Assembly (NCBI GenBank): GCA_010093815.1
Contig: ML996573.1
Source: Pseudovirgaria hyperparasitica
Lineage: Eukaryota
DNA: 64,000 nucleotides
Direction: 5' to 3' (one strand)
The notes beneath the pieces were generated by a model that saw only the letters and a program-made list of their open reading frames with translations, was not told where the DNA came from and searched no databases. The number at the start of each line of letters is the position of its first letter. Position 1 is the stretch's first letter. A program made the position numbers and the translations under genes. This document shows positions 11,634-23,073 of the stretch, in pieces.

Positions 11634-12866
11634 ATGAAGTACTCCACCGCCATCCTGCTGACTGTCGCTGGTTTTGCTTGCGCAACTCCACACGCACACC
11701 AGCATCAGCACCGTCATCACCATGTCAAGAAGACTGTCAAGGACGTCACTAAGATAGTCTACGAGCTCAATGGGCTTACTATTCCCGAGTCAGAGGTCAT
11801 GCAAGGAATTGCGAATGGCACCCTCGTCTGGGCTCAGGCCAGCGAGTTTGCTGAAACACCCTCTACTGGTCCTGACCTCCAGCATGCTCAAGTAGCTGAG
11901 CCCGACTATTCCAGTGCCCCAGCGCCGCCGGCGCAGACCGCTGAAGCTCCAGAGCCTCCAGCCGACACTCCCAAGCCCCAGACTTCGTTCAGCGATGGTG
12001 ACTTTCCCGACTACGATGATTCTGTTTCTTGCGACGACTTTCCCGAGGCCTTCGGTCCTATCCGTCTCGACTACCTTGGTCTTAACGGGTGGTCTGGCAT
12101 TCAGTCTCCACAGTCAATCCTCGCTGCTGGCTTCAATGATATCCTCACCATCAAGGCTGACATGTTCAACGGCTTCACAGGCCAAGAGGGCTCCTTATAC
12201 TCGTACGCTTGCCCAATTGGATACCAGAAAACACAGTGGCCATCAACCCAAGGTGCTACTGGACAGTCCGTCGGTGGCCTTCTATGCACGGATGGCAAGC
12301 TGACTCTTACCCGTGGCGATGTTACAAAGAAACTGTGCAGCCCGGGTACGGACAAGATCACAATCAAGGTCAAGAATACCATGAGCAAAGGCGTCGCCGT
12401 GTGCCGTACGGATTACCCCGGTACCGAGAGTGAGACGATTCCAACGTTTGTCAGTGGCGGCGAGGAGCATAAGCTGGCCTGTCCTGATGCTGATGGCCTC
12501 GATGCCTACGTGTGGGAGGGCAAAGCGACCTCTGCACAACTTTATGTTAACAATGCCGGCGTTTCTCAGGAGGATGGTTGCTGGTGGAACGAACCTGGTT
12601 CTGGTGTCGGTAACTATGCACCTGCCAATATCGGTATCGGTTTCAAGGATGGCAAGGGATGGATATCGATTCAACAGAACGCACCCACTACCTATGAGAA
12701 GCTTGACTTCACGATTACCATCGAGGGCGACGACATAAACGGTAACTGCAGATATGATGCTGGCAAGCAGGCATACTGCTCCGGTGCCGATTACGAAGAC
12801 TGCAACGATCTTGGTTGTACCACCACCGTCCTGTCTGGCACCGCCACCTATATCTTCTCGAACTAG
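11634..12866 (+). CDS. SUN-domain (GH132) secreted beta-glucanase/cell wall protein
   Basis: Signal peptide MKYSTAILLTVAGFACA, His-rich stretch, SUN-domain motifs YSYACPIGYQKTQWPSTQGATGQSVGGLLC and CRTDYPGTE. 5'UTR intron 11539-11628. Confidence 0.92.
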   Translation: MKYSTAILLTVAGFACATPHAHQHQHRHHHVKKTVKDVTKIVYELNGLTIPESEVMQGIANGTLVWAQASEFAETPSTGPDLQHAQVAEPDYSSAPAPPAQTAEAPEPPADTPKPQTSFSDGDFPDYDDSVSCDDFPEAFGPIRLDYLGLNGWSGIQSPQSILAAGFNDILTIKADMFNGFTGQEGSLYSYACPIGYQKTQWPSTQGATGQSVGGLLCTDGKLTLTRGDVTKKLCSPGTDKITIKVKNTMSKGVAVCRTDYPGTESETIPTFVSGGEEHKLACPDADGLDAYVWEGKATSAQLYVNNAGVSQEDGCWWNEPGSGVGNYAPANIGIGFKDGKGWISIQQNAPTTYEKLDFTITIEGDDINGNCRYDAGKQAYCSGADYEDCNDLGCTTTVLSGTATYIFSN

Positions 12867-13686
12867 ACGTGCGATTCGCCTCGAACCGCATTCTATTCGT
12901 CTCTGCAGTATACCCAAAGGTTCTCCTGGCATTCTGAGCTTGCCAAGAATCCGTCGTCGTTCAACTTCATCTACTTCTTTCTAATCAGTATGTTTCCATA
13001 TTAATGTCGGTAGCGCGGGTCACTGGAGGCCAAAGCGGTCAAATCATTGCAGTGCAGAGACATCTAAAACATGACGCCAGTTTATTCAGTTTAAAGTTGA
13101 GGGAAGTCGAAGCCCCAACACTGCATCTTTCAGCACGATGTAAAGGGTGTTTCGGAAACACTCAACTTGAATATGCTATTCGAGATTTGCTCCCTAGGCA
13201 TATGGACACGGGCAAGCGTAGCGGACGTGGATTTTATGGCATCATCGTCAACTCGGGCTCCATGAATAATTTGCATCTGCTTCTTCAACTGTCTCGATAG
13301 TCCCTTTTACAATTCTGCAGGCAACGTAAGGATCCGTAGGCATTGCACAAGCTCTTTTCTGCTTCTTCAATCCATCTTGCCTGTGACTGTACTTGCATGA
13401 TTGTCTAACACGCATACCAGCTTGTACGATGCCTGCGACTTGAAAAATCCTGTACTGATCATCATTAGTCTGATTGTAGCAATCTTGTGCTGTGTGCCAT
13501 GCTGTGATCAGTCGAGGCGGAGCAATTGTGACGTCGGGAGGGTAAGTGGGGACGCGGGATTTCACAGCTCCGGACTTTCGACATAATTCTTCCGTAGGTA
13601 ATCAGCTAAAGCTACAAGTTTCCTCTCAGGGTGTCGGAACTCAGCATATTGAAGAATTAACAGTTTCAAAAGAAAGAGAAGAAAAA

Positions 13687-14189
13687 AATGGCAGTCTACC
13701 ATGTTGGTGAGTGCAAACAATTTCCAAGAGTTGCCTTCTTGCGCAGCTCGGCTGACAGCGTGCGTGCCAGTGCTCTTCAAACGGAAGCCTGAAGTCAGCG
13801 ACGGCCAAATAGCGACATGGAAGGCAGCAGCCTCAGGCATGGTCGGCAGAATCCCCGGCCTACACTCGCTCAAGGTCGGGCCTCCACACGCCAGCACCGC
13901 GCATCGATCGCAAGGATTCAACGTCGCTGTCATCGCCGTGCTGGACGGGGCAGACACGATCAAGGTCTATGCTGAGCATCCGGTGCACTTGGAGTACGTA
14001 CATTCAACTCAGTCCGGCACTGACCATCTGACTAAACAACTGACCGACCGACTGACTGACTGATTTGACTTTTTTTTCTGACAAATACGAAACGACCACT
14101 GGCTGACTACTATTTCGTGTGGCTACAGATTGCTCAAGATGGGAAGGGAATTGTTTGCGGAGAACTTGGCGTATGACATGGAGTTTTGA
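13687..14189 (+). CDS. stress-responsive A/B barrel (Dabb) domain protein; 2 introns
   Basis: Spliced MAVYHVVLFKRKPE...MVGRIPGL...RSQGF...YAEHPVHLE|LLKMGRELFAENLAYDMEF*. Second intron 13994-14128. Confidence 0.88.
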
Positions 14190-15070
14190 GAGAGAGAGGA
14201 AGCTGAAGCAAGGGCTCGTATTTTCATTCCGGCTTGGTTCGAGAGAGGCTGGATTCATGCAGCCTGCCTGCACTTCTTCTCAGGTGAGGACGGACACTGT
14301 GTCGTGGCGATGGGATGATTTCTTACCTCTTACTTACCTCTTTTTCCCTCTTCTTCGTCTTCTTCATCTTCTTTTACTTTTGATTCGCACACACATATAT
14401 ACACCGTACTAGAACCCGTTATACCGTTCTCATCTCGGCTCTCTTCCGTTCACGTCATGCACGTTTAAAAACCCCGTCTGCCGCAGCGACCGACCGACCG
14501 TAAAGTGCGGCGGAATAGAGAATACTAATTAATTAGCTGCATGGATGGATGGGATGCATTCATGCGGACCTGCGCCGGGTCGTGCGGGCCAATAGCTGGG
14601 TTGCGGCTGTGAAAGGCAGCTGGAATGGTCGGCTGCAGGCGGTGATGCATGGATGCATTGCATGCAAGGCAGATCCATTCCCCGGCACGTGGACGAGGTG
14701 AGGTGGCAGGCCTTTTTTTTTTGGACGGCCTGGTCTGGGCCTGTTGACTTTAGGTCGCTTGCGCAGTTGTTCATTCTTGTCGTTGCGTGTTATTGGTTAT
14801 TATTACATTCTTCGTGCGTACGGCTCGTGCAGTTCTCGTTGCTTTATCTCATCTGTCTTGCGCACATTTAACAAGCACTGGGTTGTGTGGAAGTCGACAG
14901 TTGTTGTCGTGTGCAAGCTTGACCTTCAAGTGGAGCTCGTTAGCGCGCCTCGAGTGAATACCTACCTAGGCACCATAACAACAACATCCTATCAAGTTCA
15001 TGACGGCTGCAACCCAGAAGGCAGACATATTACAGCATTCTCCCGCCGCCAACTTATCAAAAACAACAAA

Positions 15071-16381
15071 ATGTCTGCCGTCAAAGGTCATCACAACCTT
15101 CTGACCTGCTTCACCCAAATGGATCTCCGCTCTCACCCTCCCCTAGACCCACAAAGAAGCTCACCAAACGAAATGGGCGCGATTTCCGCAGCCTGGAGGA
15201 CGACACCGAGCCATGACACCCACTGGTACCACCAAACACTACACAGTTCCAAATCTCTCGTCCTCCCTCCCCATCCAACAAACACCCACCCATCCCTAAA
15301 GCGCAAACGCGAAGCCCCAAGCACCATCGACACCACACTCCCAATCCCACATCTCGTATCTGCAGCATCCGGAGCACAAATAACCAAGCGACCCCGACTG
15401 CACCCACACCCCTTCGTGGCAATCCACCTACCCCCTACCCCTGACCCATCGCCACCGAAGAAGCGGGTCGGAGCATCGATGCTAACAACTCCTCCGCACC
15501 TACCTCCTCAGTCAGAAAAGCGGCAGCGCGGTTGCGGTGGACGTAAACGTGCGTATAATGTCAAGTTCAAGCTTGATAAGCATGTCCAGACGAGTGCTGC
15601 GGTCTGTGAGACGGTGGGAGTGCGTGGTCGGTGTGTGGATACGGGGCGTTCTGCGTGTTTAGGCGGGATGGCAAAGACGACGACGACGATGACGACGGAC
15701 ATGAGGCAGAATGCGATGGTGATATATCGCCTTTCGCCACCGGTTAGTCCGCTGCGTCAAGTACACCGGCCTAGAGGGATAAAGTCTGAGGTATCTTCGG
15801 AGCAAGAAGTTCGTAGTGCAGAGGATCCCGTTCGGGGGTCATCAACACCAGTAAACAATCCACTTCTTCGAACAGCCATATGCGGAAAGACAAGAAAGAC
15901 ACGCTCGTCACAGACAGAGCATGATAGAAGCGTGTCTGCTTTATCACCATCGCATGTCTCTCGCACGGAAACTTCCGATCATTCGGCTGGTGCCATTGTA
16001 CAGTCGAATATGTTAAATGGGCACACCACGGAGAAGCATACGCAAAGTCATGACACTCGATACAGTACGACTGCTGCTACCTCACCCCTGACGACACCCG
16101 ACGAATCCCTAGAAAGTAACAGAGTAATGTGTCGGGCTAGTACGTCCCCGCTGTCTGACTTTGACGATGCACTCCTCACAACCCCCTCGCCTACACCTAC
16201 GTCCACAAAAACATCAAAAACAGCACTTACACCGCAATCCGACATCTCATCTTCTAGACAACACTCTGCACCCGCTACACACACAGCATCACCCGCGCTC
16301 AATAGTTCAGCAAGCACGGAATGTCCTGTGGAGGGAGAGGGTGAGGGGTTTGGGCGTGTGAGGAGTTTGAGGAGGCGGTGA
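15071..16381 (+). CDS. hypothetical low-complexity P/S/T-rich protein with basic clusters (KRKRE, PPKKR)
   Basis: Part of a 545-codon open frame; first ATG in good context (aaaATGT) at 15071. Confidence 0.55.
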   Translation: MSAVKGHHNLLTCFTQMDLRSHPPLDPQRSSPNEMGAISAAWRTTPSHDTHWYHQTLHSSKSLVLPPHPTNTHPSLKRKREAPSTIDTTLPIPHLVSAASGAQITKRPRLHPHPFVAIHLPPTPDPSPPKKRVGASMLTTPPHLPPQSEKRQRGCGGRKRAYNVKFKLDKHVQTSAAVCETVGVRGRCVDTGRSACLGGMAKTTTTMTTDMRQNAMVIYRLSPPVSPLRQVHRPRGIKSEVSSEQEVRSAEDPVRGSSTPVNNPLLRTAICGKTRKTRSSQTEHDRSVSALSPSHVSRTETSDHSAGAIVQSNMLNGHTTEKHTQSHDTRYSTTAATSPLTTPDESLESNRVMCRASTSPLSDFDDALLTTPSPTPTSTKTSKTALTPQSDISSSRQHSAPATHTASPALNSSASTECPVEGEGEGFGRVRSLRRR

Positions 16382-16634
16382 TGGGTGGGACTGAGCATGT
16401 GGATGGGATGTGTTGTTGTTTGAGCGGTGGGAGTTGTGGTGGTGGAGTGCGGAAGGGATGGTGGAGTGAGTGTATATGGCAGGACTTGGTGTTAGCGCCA
16501 TGTGTATATATGTATCTTCCACGACGTATACGGTAAAAACAACAATAAAATGATTCCAAACAACTCACAGCATAGATTCAAATTGGTATTACCGCATTAC
16601 TCACAGCACAAAACCACAACATTCCGCAATCACT

Positions 16635-17403
16635 CTACAACTCACTCTTCTTCCCAGCGTCGCCCAACTCCTTCAGGATCGCCTCCTTCAACGCCTCCGG
16701 CTTCGTCGTACTCGCCCACCTCCCCTTAACCTTCCCATCCTTTCCAATCAAAAACTTTTCAAAATTCCACTTCACGCGCTCCAGCCCCATGATGCCCGGC
16801 TTCTCATGCTTCAGCCACGCCCACAGCGGCGCCGCCTTATCCCCATTAACATCCACTTTCCCCAAGACGGGGAAGCTGACGCCGTAGTTCCGCTGGCAGA
16901 AGCTCTGGATCTCGTCGTCGGTGCCGGGGTCCTGCGAGCCGAATTGGTTACAGGGGAAACCGAGGATTGTGAAGTCGGAGGGGTGGGTGGCTTGGATGTC
17001 TTTGTAGAGGGCTTCGAGGCCGGCGAATTGCGGGGTGAAGCCGCATTTTGAGGCGGTGTTGACGATCAGGACGACTTTGTTGTGGAGTTGGGTGAAGTCG
17101 AAGGGGGTGCCTTTGGCTGTTCAAAGGTGTTAGTGTGGCAAGAGTAGGAGGGGCAGGACAGGACGTACGATCGAGAGGCTTGAAGTCGTAGAATGTGGTT
17201 GCGGACGACATGGTGGATGCTTTGGCGGCGTGGATGAGCGCGAATGAGGGTGGGAGATAGGTGGAGGTAGTGTGTCGAAAAAGGGTCGCAGCAGCTGGGG
17301 CTCTGATGAGTGCCGAGGATGAAGAAGAGTAGAGGCGAGCGGTAGCACAGGTAGAGACGAGACAAGCAGAGGACAGGATGCGAGTGTAGGAGCGCAGATT
17401 CAT
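16635..17403 (-). CDS. HYR1: Cys-type glutathione peroxidase (Hyr1/Gpx3-like); second in-frame ATG at 17211; 1 intron
   Basis: VNTASKCGFTPQ, LGFPCNQFG and VKWNFEKFLI signature motifs. Confidence 0.95.
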
Positions 17404-18027
17404 GCCGAAGAGGAGGAGGACCTGGGACAATATATGTATGTATGTTATTCTTATATTGGGAGGACGCAAGAACCCCGGGCCGGCTTGCAAAGCTCCCGAG
17501 AGCTCTAGAATGGTCGGCTCATGTCATCGTCCTGGCGCGTGTGGTGGACGATGACGACTTGGAGGGGTTTTATCTAATCAGTGCCTTCCATCTCCAGATC
17601 TATATTAGTGGTGCTTAGATCCGAGCAAGGCCCGTGTCCGACTACCGACGTTTCCGTCATCTGCTTCCGTCATCACTATATCGATCCATGCGTCTAAATG
17701 GTTTTTTGCGGTAATAACTCCGAGCCTCTCGCATATCGAACTCGGTGACTTGTCTAAGTCTGGCTATAGGTCCATTCCTGGACTAAATGCATCTCGGCAT
17801 GTGCAAATTCTTCACATTGCTCATGAATGTACTGTGGTTCAGAGTGGCCAGCATGGTGTTGATAGTGGTATATATATGTCACAATGAATTGTAGCTTTTC
17901 AACAACAAGATCTAGTTACACAGTAGTATTGCGTTTCCCAAATCACACTTGTCCATTTTTTTTCGTACCGATTTCCGAACGCCATAAATGCAGAAATGTC
18001 AGTGGAATACCGTCACCACCCACCATG

Positions 18028-20744
18028 CTATGAAGCTTGTGCCATCTCAACATCCTCTGTTGCTGCCTTGTTCGCCTCTCCGAGTTCTTCTTCCTGCACA
18101 AGCTCTTCAGCTTCTTCAGCCTCTTCGACCTCTTCCTCCTCTTCCTTCATCTCTTCCTCCTGAGCGGCTGCTGCTGCGGCTTCCTCGGCCAGCTGCTTCT
18201 TGCTCTTGTTGATCCCCTTCTCCTTGTTGTGGTCAATCAATGGCGAATCATCGTTGAACAGCCTGAGTAGCATAGCCTTGCGATCCTCCTTCGGTAGCAT
18301 GAGTTGCAGGCTAAACACGCTGCGCCACAATGGCATGACCATGCGGTCTGCAAACCCATTCTCTGGATCACCACTAACCTCAACCCTGAGAACCGCACAG
18401 CCCATTGGAATGTCTCGCAATCGCTCAGCTATCTCGCCCAGCTCCTCGTTGTCCTGATTCACCTTGACGAATGTCTCGCGTAGCAGTCGATGCAGCGGCT
18501 TCCGCGTATACAGGCGGACAATGCGATCCTCGCCGACCCAGGAGTCGAGTATTGGCAGGCCTTCGGACTGGATACGCCACTTGCACACTTCCGGCGAGGG
18601 GGCGTCTTGCTTGACGAACATCTTAACTCCGCTATGCACAAATTTCATGCCGGAACCTTCGTTGAGCATCAATATCTGGCGGGTCAAAGCGGAAGTGTAG
18701 TAAATCGCTTTTACAGGGTCGCCATTCTCGTTGCGCACCATGAAGCGGTCGCGCGGGAATCGAGAGGAGAGGCCGTAGAACTTCGAGATATCTGCTAGAA
18801 CGGGATGATCGGGAGAGAGGTATTTGAAAGGCTCTTCTTTGGGTGCAGCACGTTTCTTTTGTTGGCTTATGTTTTGCTTTTGTGCAGGAGGTTTGGTGGT
18901 GGTGGCTGCTGGTGTTGTCGTGGTGGTAGCTTTATCTTGTTTTAAGCGTTTAGCTGACTGTTCATTTTCGTCGTCCTCGAGCGATCGTTTCGGCGAAGTT
19001 ACACTGTTTTCGTTCGGTGGTTCAATCGCAGGTTCGGGCAGGTCCTTTGGCAGTGAAACACCTCCATTGGTTCCATTTTCCGCCTCTGTTGCTGCAATTT
19101 CTGGCGATGTTGGAATCGAGGGCTCTGCATCGACTACTGTGCCCTTTGTCACACTTTCTTCCATGGCAGTTCCATTCGTTCCTTTTACACGTTTCGAGGG
19201 CGGATCGCGCAACTTCCGGATCTCAGCTGTCTTCTCAAGCACGGTGATGAAGAACCCCCCGCTGTCTTGCAAGTGTGGGTACACCCTCATACAATTTTGT
19301 AGTTGAATCTCCTCAGAGGCATCTGGTGCAAACATGCCTTCAGAGAGTCGTCCCATGGCCTCGTCGTTGTTCTCTTTCTTGAACTCCTCAGCCTCGTTCC
19401 ATGTCTTGAATTTACGGCCTAAGCGATCCACCACCGGCCAGTTCGAAAGTCCTGGTCTACGCTTCAGCCCGGCCATACGGTCTTCACAGTTGACCACCGT
19501 AACGGCTGCGCTTCCTCCGCATTTGTCGATGGCACTAGCAACAACTGCCTCATTCTCAATGGGGTTCATACTACACGTTGAGTATACAACCCTACCGCCA
19601 ACCTTCAGCATTTGCAGTGCTCGCACCAATATCTGAACCTGTGTGGCGTAGAGCCCAAGGGCGTTTTGTCTAGTCCAATCTTTCCAGACAGAGACGTTCT
19701 TGCGTGTCGTGCCATCGCCCGTGCATGGTACATCTGCTAGAATGCGATCGAATTTGAGATACTCTCTCGGCTTGCCTGGTTCAGCTTTCGTGATAATGGA
19801 GGGAAACATGCGCGCGTCGTGGTTCGTGACTATAAAGTTCGGGGAGTTGAGACGTTTTATTTGATGTACCAGCATTTGAGCCCGACGCCAGTCGATCTCG
19901 TTCGCTATAAGTAGACCAGTAGACCTGCCATCGTCTGACATGTCATCCTCTAGCTCAACCTCCTCTTGATCGATCTTGAGCTCCTCCCCGTCCGGGCTTA
20001 CTTCGCGTCCCTCCTCCTTGGCGATCTTCTTGAAGACCTTCCTCACTCTTGCTTCTTCTCCTGCATGAATCATTTCCGCGAGCTGAGCAGACTTGCTGCC
20101 TGGTGCGGCGCAAAGATCCAACACAGTCATGCCTGGCCCAATGTCCATCACTAGAGGTGGAATCATGCTAACAACCTCTTGTCTGCTGATATTGCCCACG
20201 CTGGTCTCGGACACGAGGAATTTCTGGAAGAATGCAAAAGGAGGCGACTTGCGAATCACTTGCTTTCCCGTAGTCATATGCCACGCCAATTGGTTTGGAT
20301 ACCATGGTATCTGTGTTGGGGGCTCCACGCCCTCGCCTTCAAATTCAACCGCAGAAATCTGCGGGATATAGCGGTCGACGAGAACTTTCTGAACAGTGAG
20401 GGCGTGTCTGGAGAAGTCAGCATCAGGTCATGGTGAGTCATGGACACACTTGCCCTTTGGAACCTGTGAAACGGAACGAATTGGGGAGAGTAGTTCGTAA
20501 GCTCTTCCAGAATGCGTCGCGCTCGCTTTCAGGCAAAATATTGACCTCCTCATTGTAGTACTGTTCGTAGTCTTTGTTCGACCGCTCGATTTCGGGCCAA
20601 CCGCCGGGTTGGTTGTCTCGTGAGCCACCGCCTGCTCCTCCGCCGCCTCCATTGCGACCGCCTTGGCGCCGCTGTAATACAATTAATTGCGCTCGCCATG
20701 GAGTCTTATTCTAGACTTACGCCTTTGCCTCGATGACGGCCCAT
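18028..20744 (-). CDS. NCL1: multisite tRNA cytosine-C5 methyltransferase (Trm4/NSUN2); 2 introns
   Basis: ISRQEVVSMIPP, VLDLCAAPGSK, FDRILADVPCTGDG and VYSTCSMNP motifs; start MGRHRGKG at 20744. Confidence 0.96.
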
Positions 20745-21329
20745 TTCTTATTTTGACTCTCAAAAGCTGAATTATATTGTGAAGTGTGCGAGATTGTTAG
20801 ATTTCGAGAACTTGAAGCTGTTCGGAACAACTGCCGGACCGAAAAGTGATTTTCACTTGGGGAGCTTGTCGCGCCCCACTTCGAAAGGTTTGAAATAGAA
20901 TTCCCACGAATTGAACGCCAACCATGTTACCGGCTACTTTGACGTTTGGGGCGAAGCTGCAGTCGATATGTTATTTCACTACATAGTCTTACTGGTACGG
21001 TCAGATATGAAGCTGACCACGCAATTACGATGTATGTCTTAGTCGACGGTGCATACATTGCGCCTCCAGCGGCTCTACGTCTTGTCCATTAGCAAGAGAC
21101 GACAAGCTTCCGTGCTTGCTTGAGATACACTGCGACGATCTCACTGAGCTAGTGAGCCATGAGTATGTCATATACATGACGCTATAGTGACGATATGTAG
21201 ACGTCCTTCGTTCTGAGAATTAACACTTACATGCGTCACTTTCGCGACTACAATCCTAATAAACCCGTCGCTAGGTGTGGAAAGTAGTTCAGCCCAACAG
21301 CAGTATCTCAGCCCCAAACAACATACATC

Positions 21330-22060
21330 ATGTCCCATCCTGACGGCCGACCGGATATGAAGGCTCATCCACTGAAGGATCCCATGCAATATGAGCAGGA
21401 AGTCTTCGAAAAAGGGCTCAGACATGAGAGTACACCGTTCACTTTCAAACCATGAGAATGGGGAAAGCAAGCGCTTGCTCGGTTATCTGCTGATAGTACT
21501 GGCTATCTCGCCAACGCAGGCAGAATGAGACATTCGACAAGAACATCGCTGCTATCAAGAAATGGTCAATTGTTCCACAGCGACTTGTCAAAGCAGAGCA
21601 TCCAGAACTCGAGGTCAAAGTCCTTGGGCAGAAGCTCAGCTACCCAGTAGCTGTTGCTCCCATAGGTGCTCAGACTATCTTCCACGCTGATGGTGAGATT
21701 GGGAGTGCGCTGGCTGCCAGGTCAGAGAATGTTCCATTCATTATGAGTACCGCGTCCTCGATTTCCATTGGAGCGGTCGCCGAAGCAAACGGCAATGGAA
21801 CACGCTGGTATCAACTTTACTGGCCCAGCAACGAGAATAATGAGATAATCAAATCCATTCTCCAAAGAGCACAAAGGGCTGGGTTTTCGGCCCTGATCGT
21901 GACTCTTGACACCTACTTGCCTGGATGGCGATCCCTCGATATGGACAATGGTTACAACCCATTTCTCCGTTCCGATTCGATCGGAGTGCAAATTGGCTTA
22001 ACCGATGCAGCGGATCGCAACAAGTTCAAGGAGAAACATGGATTAGATGTCGAACATGAT
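21330..22060 (+). pseudogene. 5' half of FMN-dependent alpha-hydroxy acid dehydrogenase/lactate 2-monooxygenase-like pseudogene
   Basis: KWSIVPQRL, PVAVAPIG, MSTASS, WYQLYWP and LIVTLDT motifs; in-frame TGA 21453 and frameshift near 21520. Confidence 0.9.
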
Positions 22061-22580
22061 CCTGATAGTCAAATAAATCTATCTCTCGCACCAGACGCTT
22101 TCGGTTCAGGATGCATTGATCAACGGAGGGAATACCGCCTAGATGCATTGTGACCTCTAATTCACCAAGCAGAGCCCTGATTACGTGCGTTACACTTGCT
22201 TCACCTCCCAGAGCAAGGCCGTAGATATATGGCCTGCCAATTAAGCAACATTCTGCGCCAAGACCAAGTGCTTTGAGGATATCCGCGCCGCTGCGGATGC
22301 CAGAGTCGAAGATGACATCAATGTTGTCACCAACAGCATCTAAAATCTGTGGTAAAACCCTCAACGCGCTATTACCACCGTCTTGTTGACGCCCACCATC
22401 GTTCGGTACAACTATTCCTTGTACACCAGCCTCGACTGCTTTATTTGCATCATTGATGCTCTAGATTCCTTTAAGGACGATTGGGCCTTTCCAGTGCTCT
22501 TGGAGGAACTTTATATCTTCCCATGAGTGTGACTTTCCCGGGAATACGGTACGTGCCCATTCTGCTGCTGCTTGACCAAT
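22061..22580 (-). pseudogene. inverted 3' half of the same FMN-dependent dehydrogenase pseudogene
   Basis: IGQAAAEW...SWEDIKFL...KGPIVLKGI*...GIVVPNDGGRQ...FDSGIRSGADILKALGLGA...IGRPY on the minus strand; TAG at 22463-22461. Confidence 0.9.
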
Positions 22581-23073
22581 CATGAGCTGTAGAAGATCGG
22601 AAGAATTTACTACTCATGTAGAAGAACGCTTTGCAATCTTAATAAGATACGCTTAGCAATCTAGTCTCGGGCCTGTAATGTTTTGTCATATGCTCTAGAC
22701 CTAGGCTCCTTCTTGAAGGTGAGAATGTGAGCTCAGACTTGTGATAATGCTTCAGGCTATCATTCGATTGGAAAGCATATAGACGTACTAAAAATCATTG
22801 ATAGATAGATTACTTGGTACGCACAACGGGTGGGTTGCCATCTTCACATATTTTGAGCTGCTCGCTGACCTCCAAGCAAGTAAATGCGACCTACTAACAT
22901 ACTCATGATCAGATCAGATCACATGTTCATCAAAGAGCAAAGGATGGCAGGATTCGTCAGTCGATTTGGCAGGCTTACATCTGTATTTACAATCTCTCGA
23001 CATACAGTTTACCGCTCGACAGAGGTATACTCGCCGACCGACCAAACCAGCATTGCCGGGACCCTGCTACCGC

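Noticed and set aside
17651..17674. Direct repeat TTCCGTCATC x2 (TGACG half-sites) upstream of GPX
   Set aside because: Only half-sites, and no canonical Yap1 TTA(C/G)TAA nearby; too weak to call.
21743..22364. Two overlapping convergent genes (21743-22153 + and 22026-22364 -)
   Set aside because: They are two halves of one inverted pseudogene.
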